From an uncultured virus (IMG/VR IMGVR_UViG_3300002068_000001) (Duplodnaviria > Heunggongvirae > Uroviricota > Caudoviricetes > Crassvirales), in IMG/VR virus record IMGVR_UViG_3300002068_000001: a stretch of 64,000 nt of DNA. One strand, 5' to 3'. Positions 35,701-49,781 of this stretch are shown in pieces (positions within the stretch are counted from its first letter, which is position 1; every line of letters begins with the position of its first letter). The notes under the pieces are model-generated. The model did no database searches. It saw only the letters and a program-made list of their open reading frames with translations, and was not told the DNA's origin. The translations under genes were made by a program, and so were the position numbers.

Positions 35701-38606
35701 AAATCAGCAGTACTTAGGATTTACTCGATATAAATAGTTCTGATTCAGCACAAAAGTTTAGAGAATTATTTGAAGGAAACATTCTCAAATCGTCTGGTAA
35801 AATGTTAACTCCAGGAGAAACAACTGTAGCAATGGATCTTTTAAAAGATGTATTGGCAGTAGCTCGTAAAGAATATATAGAACAAGGAAACAAAGAGTTG
35901 ATTCCTAAAGGTAAGTTGACTAATGAAGGTTTTGTTAAAACTGAAACCACTCCTGAATCAACTCCAGGAAAAGATTTAACTCCTACATCTCAATAGACTA
36001 ACGAAGGTAAGATTATTTCAACACCAACCGTACCCGTCACACCAACTCCAACTCCTGAAGCACCCACAAGTGGTAAACAGAAGGAATACTTATACAATGA
36101 GATTCCTGAATTTGAAGTTAATGAAAAGAGGAAGGGTAATTTTATCAAATAGAAAGATGTGTTTGAGCATCAAACTCCTATATATGACCACTTTACCAAA
36201 AAGGGTACTTGGGATTATTTAAATAAAGGAAATGTAAAAAAGGATGATACTGTTGGATTCATGATTGATCCTGAATTCAGAAGTAAAGTAACTCCTTTTA
36301 AGGATGCAATATTCATCACTCATGGCCCTGATAATCAAGTTATTGGGAGTATTCATGGTGGTAAAAAAGTAAAAGATTTTGCGGGTCTATAGGAACTTAG
36401 AGATAGGATTGAAAAGGAATATGCTGAAACTGGTAAAATAAGTGAAACAACTAAGATTGCTTAGATCAATGGCGGATATGTTGAATAGGATAGAGGAAAT
36501 GATACAAATTTAAATGATCCTCAAAAAGGAGTAGATAAAACTAATTTAGTATTCTCTATTGCTTCTAAAGGATTAGACTTCTTCTATAACCACCCAACCA
36601 TTCCTGTAAATCAAATAACTCCCCCAAATAAACCTGGAATGGTTTATATGCATGAGAAATTAGGGGATGGGAAGTATGCATCTGTACCAATGACTGTTAA
36701 GACATTCAATAAGAAGGAATTCGATAGAGCAGATGTAACTACATAGGCTAATCCACTGTTTCATCAAATTGAAAAAGGGGTAGATACATTAGCTAATGCA
36801 ACTCAACCTGAAGATGTAACTAAGGGATATATGGAGTTATCTAGTGCTTTATTTTTAGGCGAAAGCAAAAATGATAAAGACGGATAGGCAATTAGTTCAA
36901 ATAAATAGGCAATTCATATTGAATTAAGCAAAGACAAATCTACTCTAATCATTAGAAAAGAAGAGTTAGGTGCTGATGGAATCTATAAGGAAACAGGTGT
37001 AGATAAGATTTGGTTAACTGAAAAAGATACCAACCCAAATACTAAAGGTAATTTAGAGGGTGATAAATTCACAGGTAAACAACTAAAAAAGAATGATATT
37101 GAATCTATAAAGGATCAGATTTATGAGTCCTTATACAAGAATGACATTCTGTTCAATGTAGATGCATCTAAGATTAATACTTCTGGATACAATGAGATGC
37201 TTTACAATAGTAACATTTTAAAGACTGCTATGACTAAATCAGGTCCATAGAGTGTATGGTTCTATATGTAGGGTAAAGATGCTTAGGGAACTCCTATTGA
37301 CTTCGTAGCACCATCTGAAGGTGAGACTAAGAAGGGAATTAAATTGGTAGTACCAACTCTTCCTAAAGTAAATCCTGTAGTTGCAACTGAAAGTGTAGTT
37401 AAGGGGACTGAAGTGAATAGATTAGGAACTAAATATTTTGTAGACAATGGGGTTGTAACTGATGAGGATGGTAAAGTGATTACAAAGGAGATTCTGACAA
37501 GACCAATACTTGACTTAGCATACATTAAAGATGGAGTAAATGGTAAATTTGGTCCTGATTTTGAATAGAATCATAAAGTTAGTAAAGACGAATGGAAAGT
37601 TCAAGAGGGATCAATATTTAATGTAACTACAATGACTTATAAAGTAGAAGATTCTGTTTAGGTTAAAGATCTTATAAAAAGAATTGAGCAAAATCAATTA
37701 AAATTACAAGGTAAAACTAAAGATTCTAAATATTATATAATTGATGGTGAAAATTATGATAGAGTAACAAATGTTATTCCTAATGATTTCGATGGAGATT
37801 CTTCTAAATATGAAAATGCAAGAACAGCAGGATCAAAAGTAGATGAAATTGTAAGAGATTTCTTTAATAATAATAAAATAACTCAACCAGAAGGAATAAA
37901 TAAAGAAGCTTTTAATGCAATTATAACTAAATTATAGGAAATTAAAGAATAGATTAATATAAAACATGAAAAATTCTTAGCAAATAATATAGTTGTATTT
38001 GATGATAAACTTAAAATTGCGGGAGAATTGGATATTTTATCAATAGATAAAGAAGGTAATTTACATATATATGATGTTAAAACAGCAAAAGATTTTTCTA
38101 AATATGATGATTCATATAAAGGTAAATTGACAAAACGTTAGAATCATACAAATCAATTATCTGCATATGCAAATTTAATATATAATCAATATGGTTTAGA
38201 GGTTAAAAGTTTAGGAATATTGCCTTTTCAAATTGTTTATAATGAAATTGGTCATATTAGTAAAGTGAATGCTTTGATAGGAATTAAATTAACATATGAT
38301 TCTAAAATAGAATCTCTTATTCCTAAAAATTCAACATCTAAAAGCACCTCCACCACCTCTTCTTCACCATTTAAAGTGAAACGAGATCCAAATTTAGCAG
38401 GGAGTTATGGTGAAAAATCAACTGATTTCAAAAATAGTCAAACAAATGCTCCAAAAAATTAGGAATTGTCGAAAAAAATACCTAACTTTGCAACTCTTGA
38501 AAGTAATTTAAAAGGTCCTCTAATGACTAAAGGATTTACTCCTGAAACATTTGATGCTTTAACTCAAGAAGAAAAGGAACATGAAATAGAATGCTTAAAT
38601 GCTTAA
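32709..38606 (+). CDS. Very large virion cargo protein (~1965 aa, TAG=Gln) with C-proximal PD-(D/E)xK nuclease domain
   Basis: All + fragments from 34251 to 38220 share one frame; FLTEGVYEEMGQ; AGELDI...IYDVKT...QLSAY. Confidence 0.8.
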
Positions 38607-38615
38607 TAATTAATT

Positions 38616-41600
38616 ATGGCAAAAAATTGTTTATACTCCAAAAGTGGAGATGTGATGAAGTTAGCAAAAGCAACAGGACTAAATCCTGTTGTAGCTGCTG
38701 CTAAAATAGGAACTTAGATGGATTTATTTAGTGAGGAGCATTTTCCTGTAGAAGAAGAATTCAAGGATTATTTAGGGATGGCTAATGTAGACGAATAGAT
38801 TAAATTTAAAACTGAACAAGAAGCCGCTTTAGAAATTGAGGATTTAGGAATTAAAACAGGTACTCATATATTCATTGAAAATTATGAAGGCAATGGTTCT
38901 GGAATGTATTCAGTAGTGAATAATGAGAATGAAGATATTAAATTCATTCCTGTAGAAGAAACTGAAGCAGAGACTAAATAGATTGAACAAATCGCCAAAG
39001 ACATATTCAACATAAAAGAAATTACCATTTCAAATCCACTAGACAAACTCTATAGACCTGAAATGAGGGTTAATCGAGTTAATTTAGTAGCTAGGGAATT
39101 CAGTAGATACGTTAGTGACATTCAAAAAGACATTAGACCCAATTCTACCAGACAAGAAATTATCATGGAAGTTGGGGTTAAAGGTATATACGATTTAGTA
39201 AAAGAGGATTTAACTGAATGGAGTAAAGATGCTGATACATTCACAGACTATCAACGAACTGAATTTGAGAAGATTGTAGACAACTTTGACTTATTAATCA
39301 AAGAAACCCCTCGACTCTTAGCAGACCATGAAGATGTGGATGTTAAATACATGGATGGTAAAGTAGCTGTCTATGAAGGAGATGTAACTGAAGATGTACC
39401 AGAATCACTCCTATAGGATAGTGAAGGAGTTGTATAGGATAATGAAGAGGAATAGGTCAAGGATGGATGGATGGTTAAATAGAAGCACATCAATCCTACA
39501 CAAGCACTTAGCCAATAGACTAGGAAGATTCTAATGGAAATTCCTAAATTGGATTTTAGAGGAAAAGAATCACTAGATGATTTAGATATGCCTATCTATT
39601 TGGATAGTGAAGTCGCTCATGGAGTTCTAATTGAACAATTGAGTGGAATGACTAAATCAAATCAGATGCTACCTATACTTAGCAGATTGGCTGTAAATAA
39701 ACCTTGGGTTAATAGCATTGTCGATGCTGTAAGTAAGGATTAGAAATTACACAGCATGTTCTATCAGGATTTTAGAAAAGTATTTATGTCTTATTGGACA
39801 CAGATACGCAAGAAAATGGCTGATGGATCTTATACATATATGACTAAAGAGTTGAATAAACCCGATGAGGTTAGATACTTTTTAGATGAATGGAGAGCTA
39901 TTATGGAAAGTAAAACGGCTTTATCATTCAATTCTGTATATGATGAAGCAGGGAATATTGATAGAGGTAATCTTGCAATAGTCAAACTTACTCTTGTAGG
40001 ATAGAAAAAAACAGATGACTAGCCCAAAATAGAGGGAATGGTTGATGACATTAGAGGTAAATCCATTGAAGAAATTACCGCTTATGTAAACGACAACATT
40101 GGTAAAATTAAAGACGTATTAGGCTCTATAGGAGTTGATACAAACATAACTGCTTTATTAGAAGCACTTTAGTATCTGCCTAAACAGACTACTATTCCTG
40201 GAGCTAATGTACCAATGAGTCATATGTTCCCAAAAATGTTAGACAAGTTAGTACGAATTGTTACTAAATTAAGCGACAATAAAGCAACTCACCTAGACTT
40301 CATCAATGCATATGAAAACGACTATAAAGGGATTGCTGAAATTCTGAAAAGGTCAATGACACAACTGATGAAGAGTTCTGTGTATGAGAATTAGAAAAGC
40401 TATTACTCCTATACAGCACCTTCCTATATGTTAGATTTAATGAATAAGTTGAAGGGAACTGAATACACAGATGAAGAATTGTAGGCATTCTACCAAAAGG
40501 AATATGGTCAATACAATTGGTTCTAGTCTGGTGGACAATATAGAAACTCATGGATTAGAGATTTGGCTACAGATGCTAAATCGAGAGAATTAATTAGACA
40601 CAAAGTAGTGTTGAATTACAATAAAAAGGAATACTCTAAATTGAGTCCATTAGATCATACATTAATGATGATTAATGAGTATTACTCAGATACATATAAT
40701 AAGGTAGCTTGGTATCCAATGTTTATCTTAGCTGATGCCCCTTCTGCAGAATTTATGAAATTCCATAAATACACCGATTAGACAAGTGCTAATTGGGAAA
40801 ATACTCTTTTAGATGGATTCTATGAAGTAGCTATGTAGGAGTATGATAGGATTAAGATAGTTAGGAATAGATAGAATCAAATTGCTAAAGGATGGATTGC
40901 TCCTATAGATAATTTTGAAAAGAATGGATTAAAATTCCAATTCCTCCCATTCTTAAACAATTACATCAAACTATTTGATGAGAAGTTAATGGGTGAGGAT
41001 ATGCCTGGGACTATGGAAGAATTCAAAACAACTTTGAAGGAAATTATCAAATAGGAAACAGATGCTCTATATGAAACAGAGAAAAAGAAGTATGAAAAGA
41101 TTGGATTGTTTGAAAAGACTAAAGATGGCAACACATTAAAACATCTATAGAATTTAAGCACTAGAGAAAAAGCTGAAACAGAATTGAGGAATTACTTCTG
41201 GAATCAGCGATTTGCTTAGTCACAAATGCTTCAAATCACTACTACTGATTTAGCTTATTACAAGGATCTAGGAGAGGTATAGAAACGTATGAAACAGATT
41301 CATACTCCTGGATTGAGATTAGATACCTAGTCAGAACATGGTAGAACTGTTGAGAATACAATATTTCTAAAGGATTTTAAATCAGTTTCAAATACTCTAG
41401 GAGATATTAAAGAAGCCCTTGATGCATTTGTCAAAAAAGGCACAATGACTGCAAAAGATAGAGATTATATTTTGAGTAAGTATAGCACCAACGAAAAGGG
41501 TGAGGGTCAAGTAGAAGTAACTGATGCTCAAGCATATAGGAGTTTATCCTCTTATAGAGCAATTATGGATATGTCTGGTCAATGGGATGCAAAAACAATG

Positions 41601-44600
41601 GATCCAGTTTTTAACAAGTTAAAAGCAATGCAAAGAGGTGAGGATGTCAAATTTGAAGTTGAAGATTTCAATGTAATTTGGCAACCCAAAAAACCATTTA
41701 TGTATACTCAAGTAGCTAATCAAGGATTGGTTGTAGATGAGGCTCGTGGGATTAAATAGGAGCAATTGATTAGAACACCTATTCAAAATAAGAATGCAGA
41801 ATTCCTATTAATCTTCTCTAATATATTGAAGAAGTCTCCTTAGTTGAGTGCTATTGAGGAATTCATGGAAGAGAATCAAATAGATGTAGTGTAGTTCTCT
41901 ACTGCTGTAAAAGTAGGTGGATAGGGTGCATTAGATGTGCATTAGTTTGATACTAAAGAAGCAATTAAAGGATACCTATAGGAGTCAATTAGCTCCAATG
42001 TAGGACGATATAATCCACAGATAGTACACAGTCTACCTTATGAAGATTATGCACTTGTACAACCTATGCCTAGTCATTACATGGATGTGAATCAAGGGTT
42101 TGGTACTTAGATTAAGAAACTTGCTGTAGGAGATTTAAAAGAAGGTGTAGAATACATAGTCAATGGAAAAGTATATGATAATAAATAGATTCTTAAACAC
42201 TTTAATGATTTAAATGTTGAGAATTTATTAGATTCATTTTATAAAGTTTGTGATAGATTTTCAGACAGAGTTGCTGTATTAAATACTTTACTGAAAGAGG
42301 TTAATGGCAGTAAGAGATATAACCCAGAAATGGCTAAAGCTCTTGAAATTGCTGAAGATGGATACCCTGTATTACCATTGAGTGATTAGGTTCATGACAA
42401 TCGCACACAGAGTATGAATCATTCAATCATTAAGAATGAAGTTACTAAACAATAGACTAAAGGTGGTTCACTTGTATAGGTGACTTCTTGGGGGGTTCAT
42501 GACGATTTAAATATCAAATGGGGCACTAATGCAAAAGGTGAGAAGTATATTGAATATATTGAAGCATATATGCCTTGGTACTCTTCTAAGTACTTCAAAG
42601 AATTGATGGATCCAAAAACGGGTTTATTAGATGTGGATGCAGTTCATAAGAATTTAAAGGACAAAAATGGTGATCCATTGAAGGTATTACCAGAAGAATT
42701 GAGGAAGCTGATTGGCTATAGAATTCCAACTGAACATAAATACTCAATGTTTCCTATATACATTAAAGGATTCTTACCTAGTTTTTCAGGTGGAACAATT
42801 ATGTTGCCAAAAGAAATCACCACAATTGCTGGTACTGACTTTGATGCAGACAAGTTGTATGCAATGTTTCATGAATTCTCAACTACTAAAAGATACGATA
42901 GAAATAAATTTGTTACAGAACTCATGGAGAAAATGGGAGTTGATCCTAAAGAAAATAGAGAATAGTTTAAAACTATTAAAAATTTAACTTATAAGGAAAA
43001 CGCAGATAAACTTGATAAAGAAAGTAATGAATATAAAGTATTTGAAAATTGGTTAGAAAGTAGAGATTTAAAAGACGAAAATGGTGAATCTAAATATTTT
43101 CTTGGTGAAATAATTGAGAAAGTTAAATTTGAAGAAACACCCACATTAAATCATTATATTACGTATATAAAATATGTCACAGAGTTAAAAGATATTAATG
43201 CGGATAATGTAAAATAGATTGCTGAAGAGAGGGGTTTACAATCTTGGGAAGAATTTAAAAAAGCCGCTTTAGAAAATCCAGCATTAATTAATAGTTTAAA
43301 AGCCAGAAACAATCAAATCATTGACCTCATGTGGGGGATTTTGACAAATCCAGATACGGTGTAGAATATGATTAACCCAGGCGGATTTGATGGATTGAAA
43401 AAAGCAGCTAGAGTTGTTAATATTTTAAATGGACTTAAACTAAGTAAGTTTAGAGAATTTGAAGCAATTGCTATAGAAAAAGGATTTTTTATTGAAAAAG
43501 ATAAAAAGAAAATAGCAGATGTAACTAAATATTTGAATAGTCTTGGTCTAAAACAATTAAGTGATTTAGCTGAGGAATATAAGGAGCAATTAGATCCTCT
43601 TAGTCCTTCAACTTAGACTTATTTTCATAAATAGAATCACACTGCTGCTGCTTTGATTGGTATATTTGCTAATCACAATGCTAATCATGCTCTTGTATAG
43701 AATACAAATTTAGCTATCAAAAAAGGGTATGAATTTAAATTGGGGGGTAAGTAGTATACAAGTTTGCATGAGATGTTAAATGCTCATAAACAATACATTA
43801 GTAGAAATACTTCTGAACCTGTATCTGCTGCTGTAGATGCTGTAAAAGACCCTGTATTGAGTGATTTGAATTTGAATAGTTTTACTGCAGATTTAGCATG
43901 TTTTTTACTTAGACAAGGACATACACATGGGACAATGGGTTTATTTTTATCATAGCCAATTGTGATTTAGATGACTGAGAATTATGAATTGTGGAGTGAT
44001 AGTGGGACGAGTAAAAATGATATTGTTAAGAAAACAATAGAAGAATTCTTTGGCACAACTAAATACACAGATTCAGAAAAGGATTACAAAAATTCAGATT
44101 TGTCTCAACATGAAATGGCTAGAGCAATTGTATATGGAAAGAATATGAGTGAGTTAACAGATGCAGAGAAAAAAGAGTATTTTGTATTCCAACAGAAGAT
44201 TACAAATATGTTTAAACCCGCATTTAAATAGAGTAATTTATTAGCTAGAATTGTATCTGCTATGAGAGGTGATACCTCTGGTGGTTCTACTGGACCTCAT
44301 GATGCAGATACAAATTTAAAAAGAGATGATGTAGAAGATTTAATGAAAGAAGCTGAACAAGCAGATTTTCCTTTTACTGGAGCACAATTTATTAAGGTTG
44401 GATTGTTGAAAAATAAGAAAATGGCTAAAAGAGAAAACATTTCAGAATTAAGAAGTGCAATCAACAGTAGTATTATTCCATTAGTTCAAGCTAATTATAC
44501 TCTTGGATTGGAAACTTCAGAATTACTTTTAAGTCAATATTATCCATATGCATAGGAATCCTATAAATATGTAGTCAATTAGATAAAAGATTTAACCAAA

Positions 44601-45677
44601 CGATTTAAATTTTCAAAAGGCAGTCTTACTTCTAAACAGGTTAAACAGATTTACAATGATTTAAGTGTGTATATAATGTCTGAATTAGAGTTCTTTGGGG
44701 GAAAAGATCCTCTATAGGCTCAAGCAAAAAGAAATCATTACATAAATGAATTCCCTGATGAATTTGAGCGAATTAAAAAATCTAACAAAGAAATCGGTGA
44801 ATTGGATTTAATAAAAGGTTTAACAGTTATAACTGATGATAAAGGAAAAGGTCAAAAGATTATAGTATTTAACAATGTGGGTTCTATATCACCTAATTAG
44901 AAAGATACAATAACAAGAGATTGGGATTCATTACTTTCTATGGGAGATGAGGCTAAGAAATTAGCTATGGATTTATTTGCATACAGTTCCTTTAGAAATG
45001 GATTTGCATTTGGTCCAACTAGTTTTATCCATTTAGCTCCTGTAAGTGTTAGATTAGCAATTCCAGGATATAGAAAGACATTGATTAAACTAAATCTAAT
45101 GTTTACTAAAGAAGATGCTTATAGAGGATTTATAAATCAATTCTTAGTGAATCATAGAAATGTGAGAAAGTTTGTTCCTGAAGTGAATGAAGTTGATGAT
45201 AGTGTATTTATGGATGAAGATAAAGCATTGAATGAAGTAATTCAAATTCAAGTGCCAACAGATAATTCTAGAAATAGTCAAGTAATGGTTCGAGATGGAG
45301 TTAATTTCCCTATAATCATGAAAAAATTGAATGGGGTAGAATACTATTATCAATCTATTGGAAAGGCTGAATTATTAGATGATGGATATGGTGTTGAATA
45401 CAATCTAATAGAAAATCCTATAGGACTACCTAATAAGTTCTTAGAATACCAAAATGGATTAGAAATGGAAGCAATGGAATCTCAAATTGATCCTAAATAC
45501 AAGGGATATGAGGATGAAGATACTGAAGGCCCAGAGGATGCATTAAGGGATTTTGAAAATGAAACTCCTCCACCTGTAGAAAATAGTAAATTTGGTGATT
45601 TTGGGAATTTGTTTAAAAAGGTGATGAATAGTACTCATGAAGCTACTGATGAAAATGGGCAAGCAATTTGTAAATAA
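38616..45677 (+). CDS. Virion RNA polymerase (~2353 aa, TAG=Gln)
   Basis: Catalytic loop GTDFDADK at ~42831-42854, GYRIPTE, TDAQAY, AAVDAVKDP; all fragments in one frame. Confidence 0.92.
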
Positions 45678-45683
45678 TAAAAA

Positions 45684-48600
45684 ATGGGAAATTACTGCGT
45701 AAGAATAATGCCTATCACTGATAGGAATGGTGTAAAGATTGATAGCAACCTACATTTGGGGTTGCTACAATCAACCACTAAAGAATAGGCTAAGAAGATG
45801 TATGATGGATTAACCGATCCTAAAGACATAGAAGAATACAGAGAGAGATTGCCTGTAGATGAAAATGGTGAATTTATTATTGGACCAGTTCGGGTAGAGA
45901 TGAAACTATAGACTGTTGAAAGCTACTTAGATGAATTGGATCATGCTAATGGTCGATACGAAAATGGTAAGGTCAAAGGATACACTATGGAAGGAGCCAA
46001 AGAGATTGTAAAAGCATTCAATTAGAGTCCTTTCAATATAGCCTATCGCATGGAATCTCATAAAACACCTAATGGTAAATACCATGTAAAAGCATTGTAG
46101 GGTAAAAATGCCCCATATGCTACAGTCCTATACTCCTAGTAGAATCTTGAAAAGGAATAGGATACTAATATAGAACTGAATAAGAAATTGAGGGCATTAG
46201 GTAAGCAATATGGCATCTCAGATGGCTTTTTAAGCGAGATAGAGGAACGTATGGGTATCAATGGAGTTATGGATACTCTAACAGCTAAAAAAACTGTAGA
46301 TGGTCTCCTAGAGACTATTAGAGTAAGTAGAGACGAAAGAGGTCAAAAGGCTATTCCAGAAGAATTTGCACATGCTTTTATTGAATTACTCGGAGACAAT
46401 CATCCTGTAGTTTAGAGATTGATAAATATGCTTGGATAGGAAGGAATGGTTGAAGAAGTCTTGGGCAAATCATATGATGCATATGAAGCCAAATACGAAG
46501 GAGATAGACTCCTATTAGCTAAAGAAGCACTTGGTTAGTTAGTAGCTAAGCACTGGCTTAAAAATGAGCCAATTCCTACTGCACCATACAAGAGTCTATT
46601 GACCCGATTTATTGATGCTATAAAGCAATTCTTCAATGGTAGGAAAGGTTTAGAATAGGATTTGTAGAAGTCACTTAAACAAATCAATCAAGAAGTTGGT
46701 GAATTCGCATAGGATTTATTGGCTAATAGAATGGCTGAAAAGATTGATTTGAAGAATTTAAAAAGTCAACAGACTCGTTTGTTTGCTCTATAGGATAGAG
46801 TAGAAGCATAGAAAAAGATTTTAACTAAAGTTATTTAGAATAAAGTCTTATAGAGACAAATTGCTGAAAAAAGAGCCGTTCATGGAATTGTAGATGAATT
46901 GTAGAAAGATTATATCTATGAATTAAAAGATGGTTTAGATCAAGATAATTTAGTAGATACTTTATACACATTTATTACTAATGCATCTGAAGAATTAAAA
47001 TCTCACCAAGCTGCTTTTATCAGAATGGGTGAAGGAACTAGTGGAGCAACCACCACTAATCAAATGGCTGCCATACTTAGAACTATTAAGAATTTCACTG
47101 CTTCATATACTCAAACTGTTAAAGAGTTAGAGAAAGAAATGGTTAGAGATGATGTTGAAAAGACTAATCAATATCCTGTTGAATTCAAAAGAGATTTAAC
47201 TGAATTGTCAAAATTGTGTACTTATTTGGAGACTCAATATGAGGACTTTAGTTTAGATTTAGCAGAAGACTTTTTTACACCATTTGTAGGAGATTCATTA
47301 GTAATGAAGATGGGTAAATTCAAAGGATAGACTCTTAGTTTGAGAGAATTATTAAAACATTCTTCCAAAGATATTGGTTTCTTTGATAGATGGATGGACT
47401 CAATGGCTGATTCATCTGAGTAGATGATGCGTTTGTTTGACCACAGTGTACGTGAATCTAAACAAATAGCTACCACAAGAACATTAGATTATATTAAAGA
47501 ATTACAAGCTTTGCAATTAGATTTAGAATCTAAAGGTATTAAAAATACTGATTTTATGTTTGACAGAGATGAAAACGGTAAATTAACTCTTAATTCTATT
47601 GCTGAATTAGACTATACCGCTTTTGAAATGGCTAAAGATAAATTCAAAAAGAGTTTAGATGAGAAATATGGAATGGAACCTACTCGTGAAGAATGGGATG
47701 CTAGATCGAAGGATTTATATGATTGGTATTAGGCTAATACTGAAAAGGTTGGTGAATAGACTTTGCCTGATAAAAATTTATACGTCTCTGATAAATACAA
47801 TAAATTAAGTAAAGCTGAAAAAGAATACTATGATAATTGGATGCGTATTAAAAAAGAATTAGATGCCTTAACACCTCAAGGAAGTAGAAATAATTATAAT
47901 TCTATATAGATTCGTAGAGATTTTATTGAACGTATTAAAGGAGCCAAATCAGTTAAAGGGGCTTTGAGTACAATCAAAGAAAATGTCAAAGATACTTTTG
48001 TTAGAAATGAAAAAGATGTTGAATTTGGAGGGGAAGATGTTAATAACAAAGACAATTTCTTAGATTTTGAAGGAAATAAGGTAATGACTCTTCCAATCTA
48101 TTTTGTAAGTAAATTGGAAAATGCGGATGATTTATCAACTGATGCTACGTCTGCATTAGCTGCATATGCTGCAATGGCAGTTGAGTATGATGAAATGAGT
48201 AAGATAGTTCATCTTTTAGAAATATCTAGAGATGTCATTAATAAGAGAAAGGTAGACAAGACTGAAAAAGGTCAACCTGTAATGTAGACTATTCAAGGAT
48301 TTGGTTTAAAGTTTAGTAATAAAATGAGTAAATCAGATAATGAGAATAATATGATTGCCAAATTGAATGCTTATATAGAAATGCAAGTATATGGTCGAAT
48401 GAAAAATGATGAGGGTACATTTGGAATGACTGCAGATTTTGCTAATAAAATGACTGCTCTTAATAATTTAGCAATCAACGTATTAGCAGGTGCATCTAAT
48501 ATATAGACTGGTAATATATAGATGCTACAAGAAGCTATTGCTGGTCAACATTTTAATCTAAAAGAACTTGGTTATGCATATAAAACCTATACAAAAGATT

Positions 48601-49679
48601 TAATGGGTGTATTAGGTACTATTGGTAATAGAGTAAAAACAGATAAATTATCCTTATTTAACGAATATTTTGATATTAGACAAGAGAGTGACACTAGAGC
48701 CAGAGAATTACAAATGGATCGTAAAGGGTTTTCAAGAATGATGAGTATGAATACTCTTCTTTTTATTAACGGTGCTGGAGAGCATGAAATGGGTACTACA
48801 ACTGGATTAGCAATGTCTCAAAGAGTTAAATTTAAATCGCCTGATGGACAAGAAGTTGGATTATATGATGCAATGGAAGTAGTTCCATTCAAAGGAAATG
48901 ATTTGAAATATGGAGGTAAGATTGTTGTTAAACAAGGTTATACTAAAATGGATGGAACTGAATTTACTGAAAATGATAGAAAAGAATTTACCAATAGAGT
49001 ACACTATGTGAATAAAAAGTTACAAGGTATATATAATAAATAGGACATGAATATTAGTCAACAAAAGGCTATTATGAGAATGGTTTATTTATTTAGAAAA
49101 TGGATGCCTTCTGCTTGGAATAGAAGAATGGGCAAAGCTTAGTATAATTATGAGTTGGGAGATTGGGAAGAAGGTTATTATGCAACAACTTATCATTTTA
49201 TGGCTCAATTTGTTAAGGATTTGAAAGGATTCTAGTTTGCCCTTATGAGTGAAAAATGGAGTGAATTGAGTAAATTAGAAAAAGCTAACTTAAAAAGGGC
49301 TATTACTGAAATTACTACATTTGCAATGTTAACAATGGCTGTTGGGTTAATTGATTGGCCCGATGACGATACTTGGTTTACTAATTTTGCAGAATATGAA
49401 TTAAAACGTCTATAGACTGAAATTGGTGCTATGACTCCTACATGGATGTTACCTAAATAGTTATTAACAATTGTTAAATCACCGATGGCTTCTGCAGATT
49501 ACTTATAGAGATTGTTAGATATATTTAATGTGTTTAATTATACAGATGTAATTCAATCTGGTAGATATAAAGGAATGTACAAAGGAGAAAAATATTGGTT
49601 GGAAGGATTACCAATTAATAGAACTATGTATAAGAATTTCAATCCAGATCAAGCATTAGTATTCTTGAAGGTTCAATAA
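45684..49679 (+). CDS. Large virion cargo protein with zincin-like motif (~1331 aa, TAG=Gln)
   Basis: PEEFAHAFIE; LQGIYN...FRKWMP...EEGYY; all fragments in one frame. Confidence 0.78.
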
Positions 49680-49697
49680 TCTGAACAAACGAGTTGT

Positions 49698-49743
49698 AAA
49701 AAAAAGAAAGGGGAGCACAATTAAATGTGACTCCCCTCTTTTT
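49698..49743. terminator. Bidirectional terminator between the convergent arms
   Basis: A-run, AGGGGAG-CACA/TGTG-A-CTCCCCT stem, T-run. Confidence 0.85.
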
Positions 49744-49781
49744 GTTGACGTAAAACCCTTAATAAAACGCCAACGATTTCT

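Noticed and set aside
5294..47476. Minus-strand ORFs within the late arm (e.g. 12216-12614, 13122-13571, 13862-14287, 20899-21288)
   Set aside because: Antisense shadows of well-supported + strand genes
3709..49679. Massive pseudogenisation or sequencing errors suggested by fragmented ORFs
   Set aside because: Breaks are TAG, fragments stay in frame with no frameshifts, and motifs are intact; this is recoding
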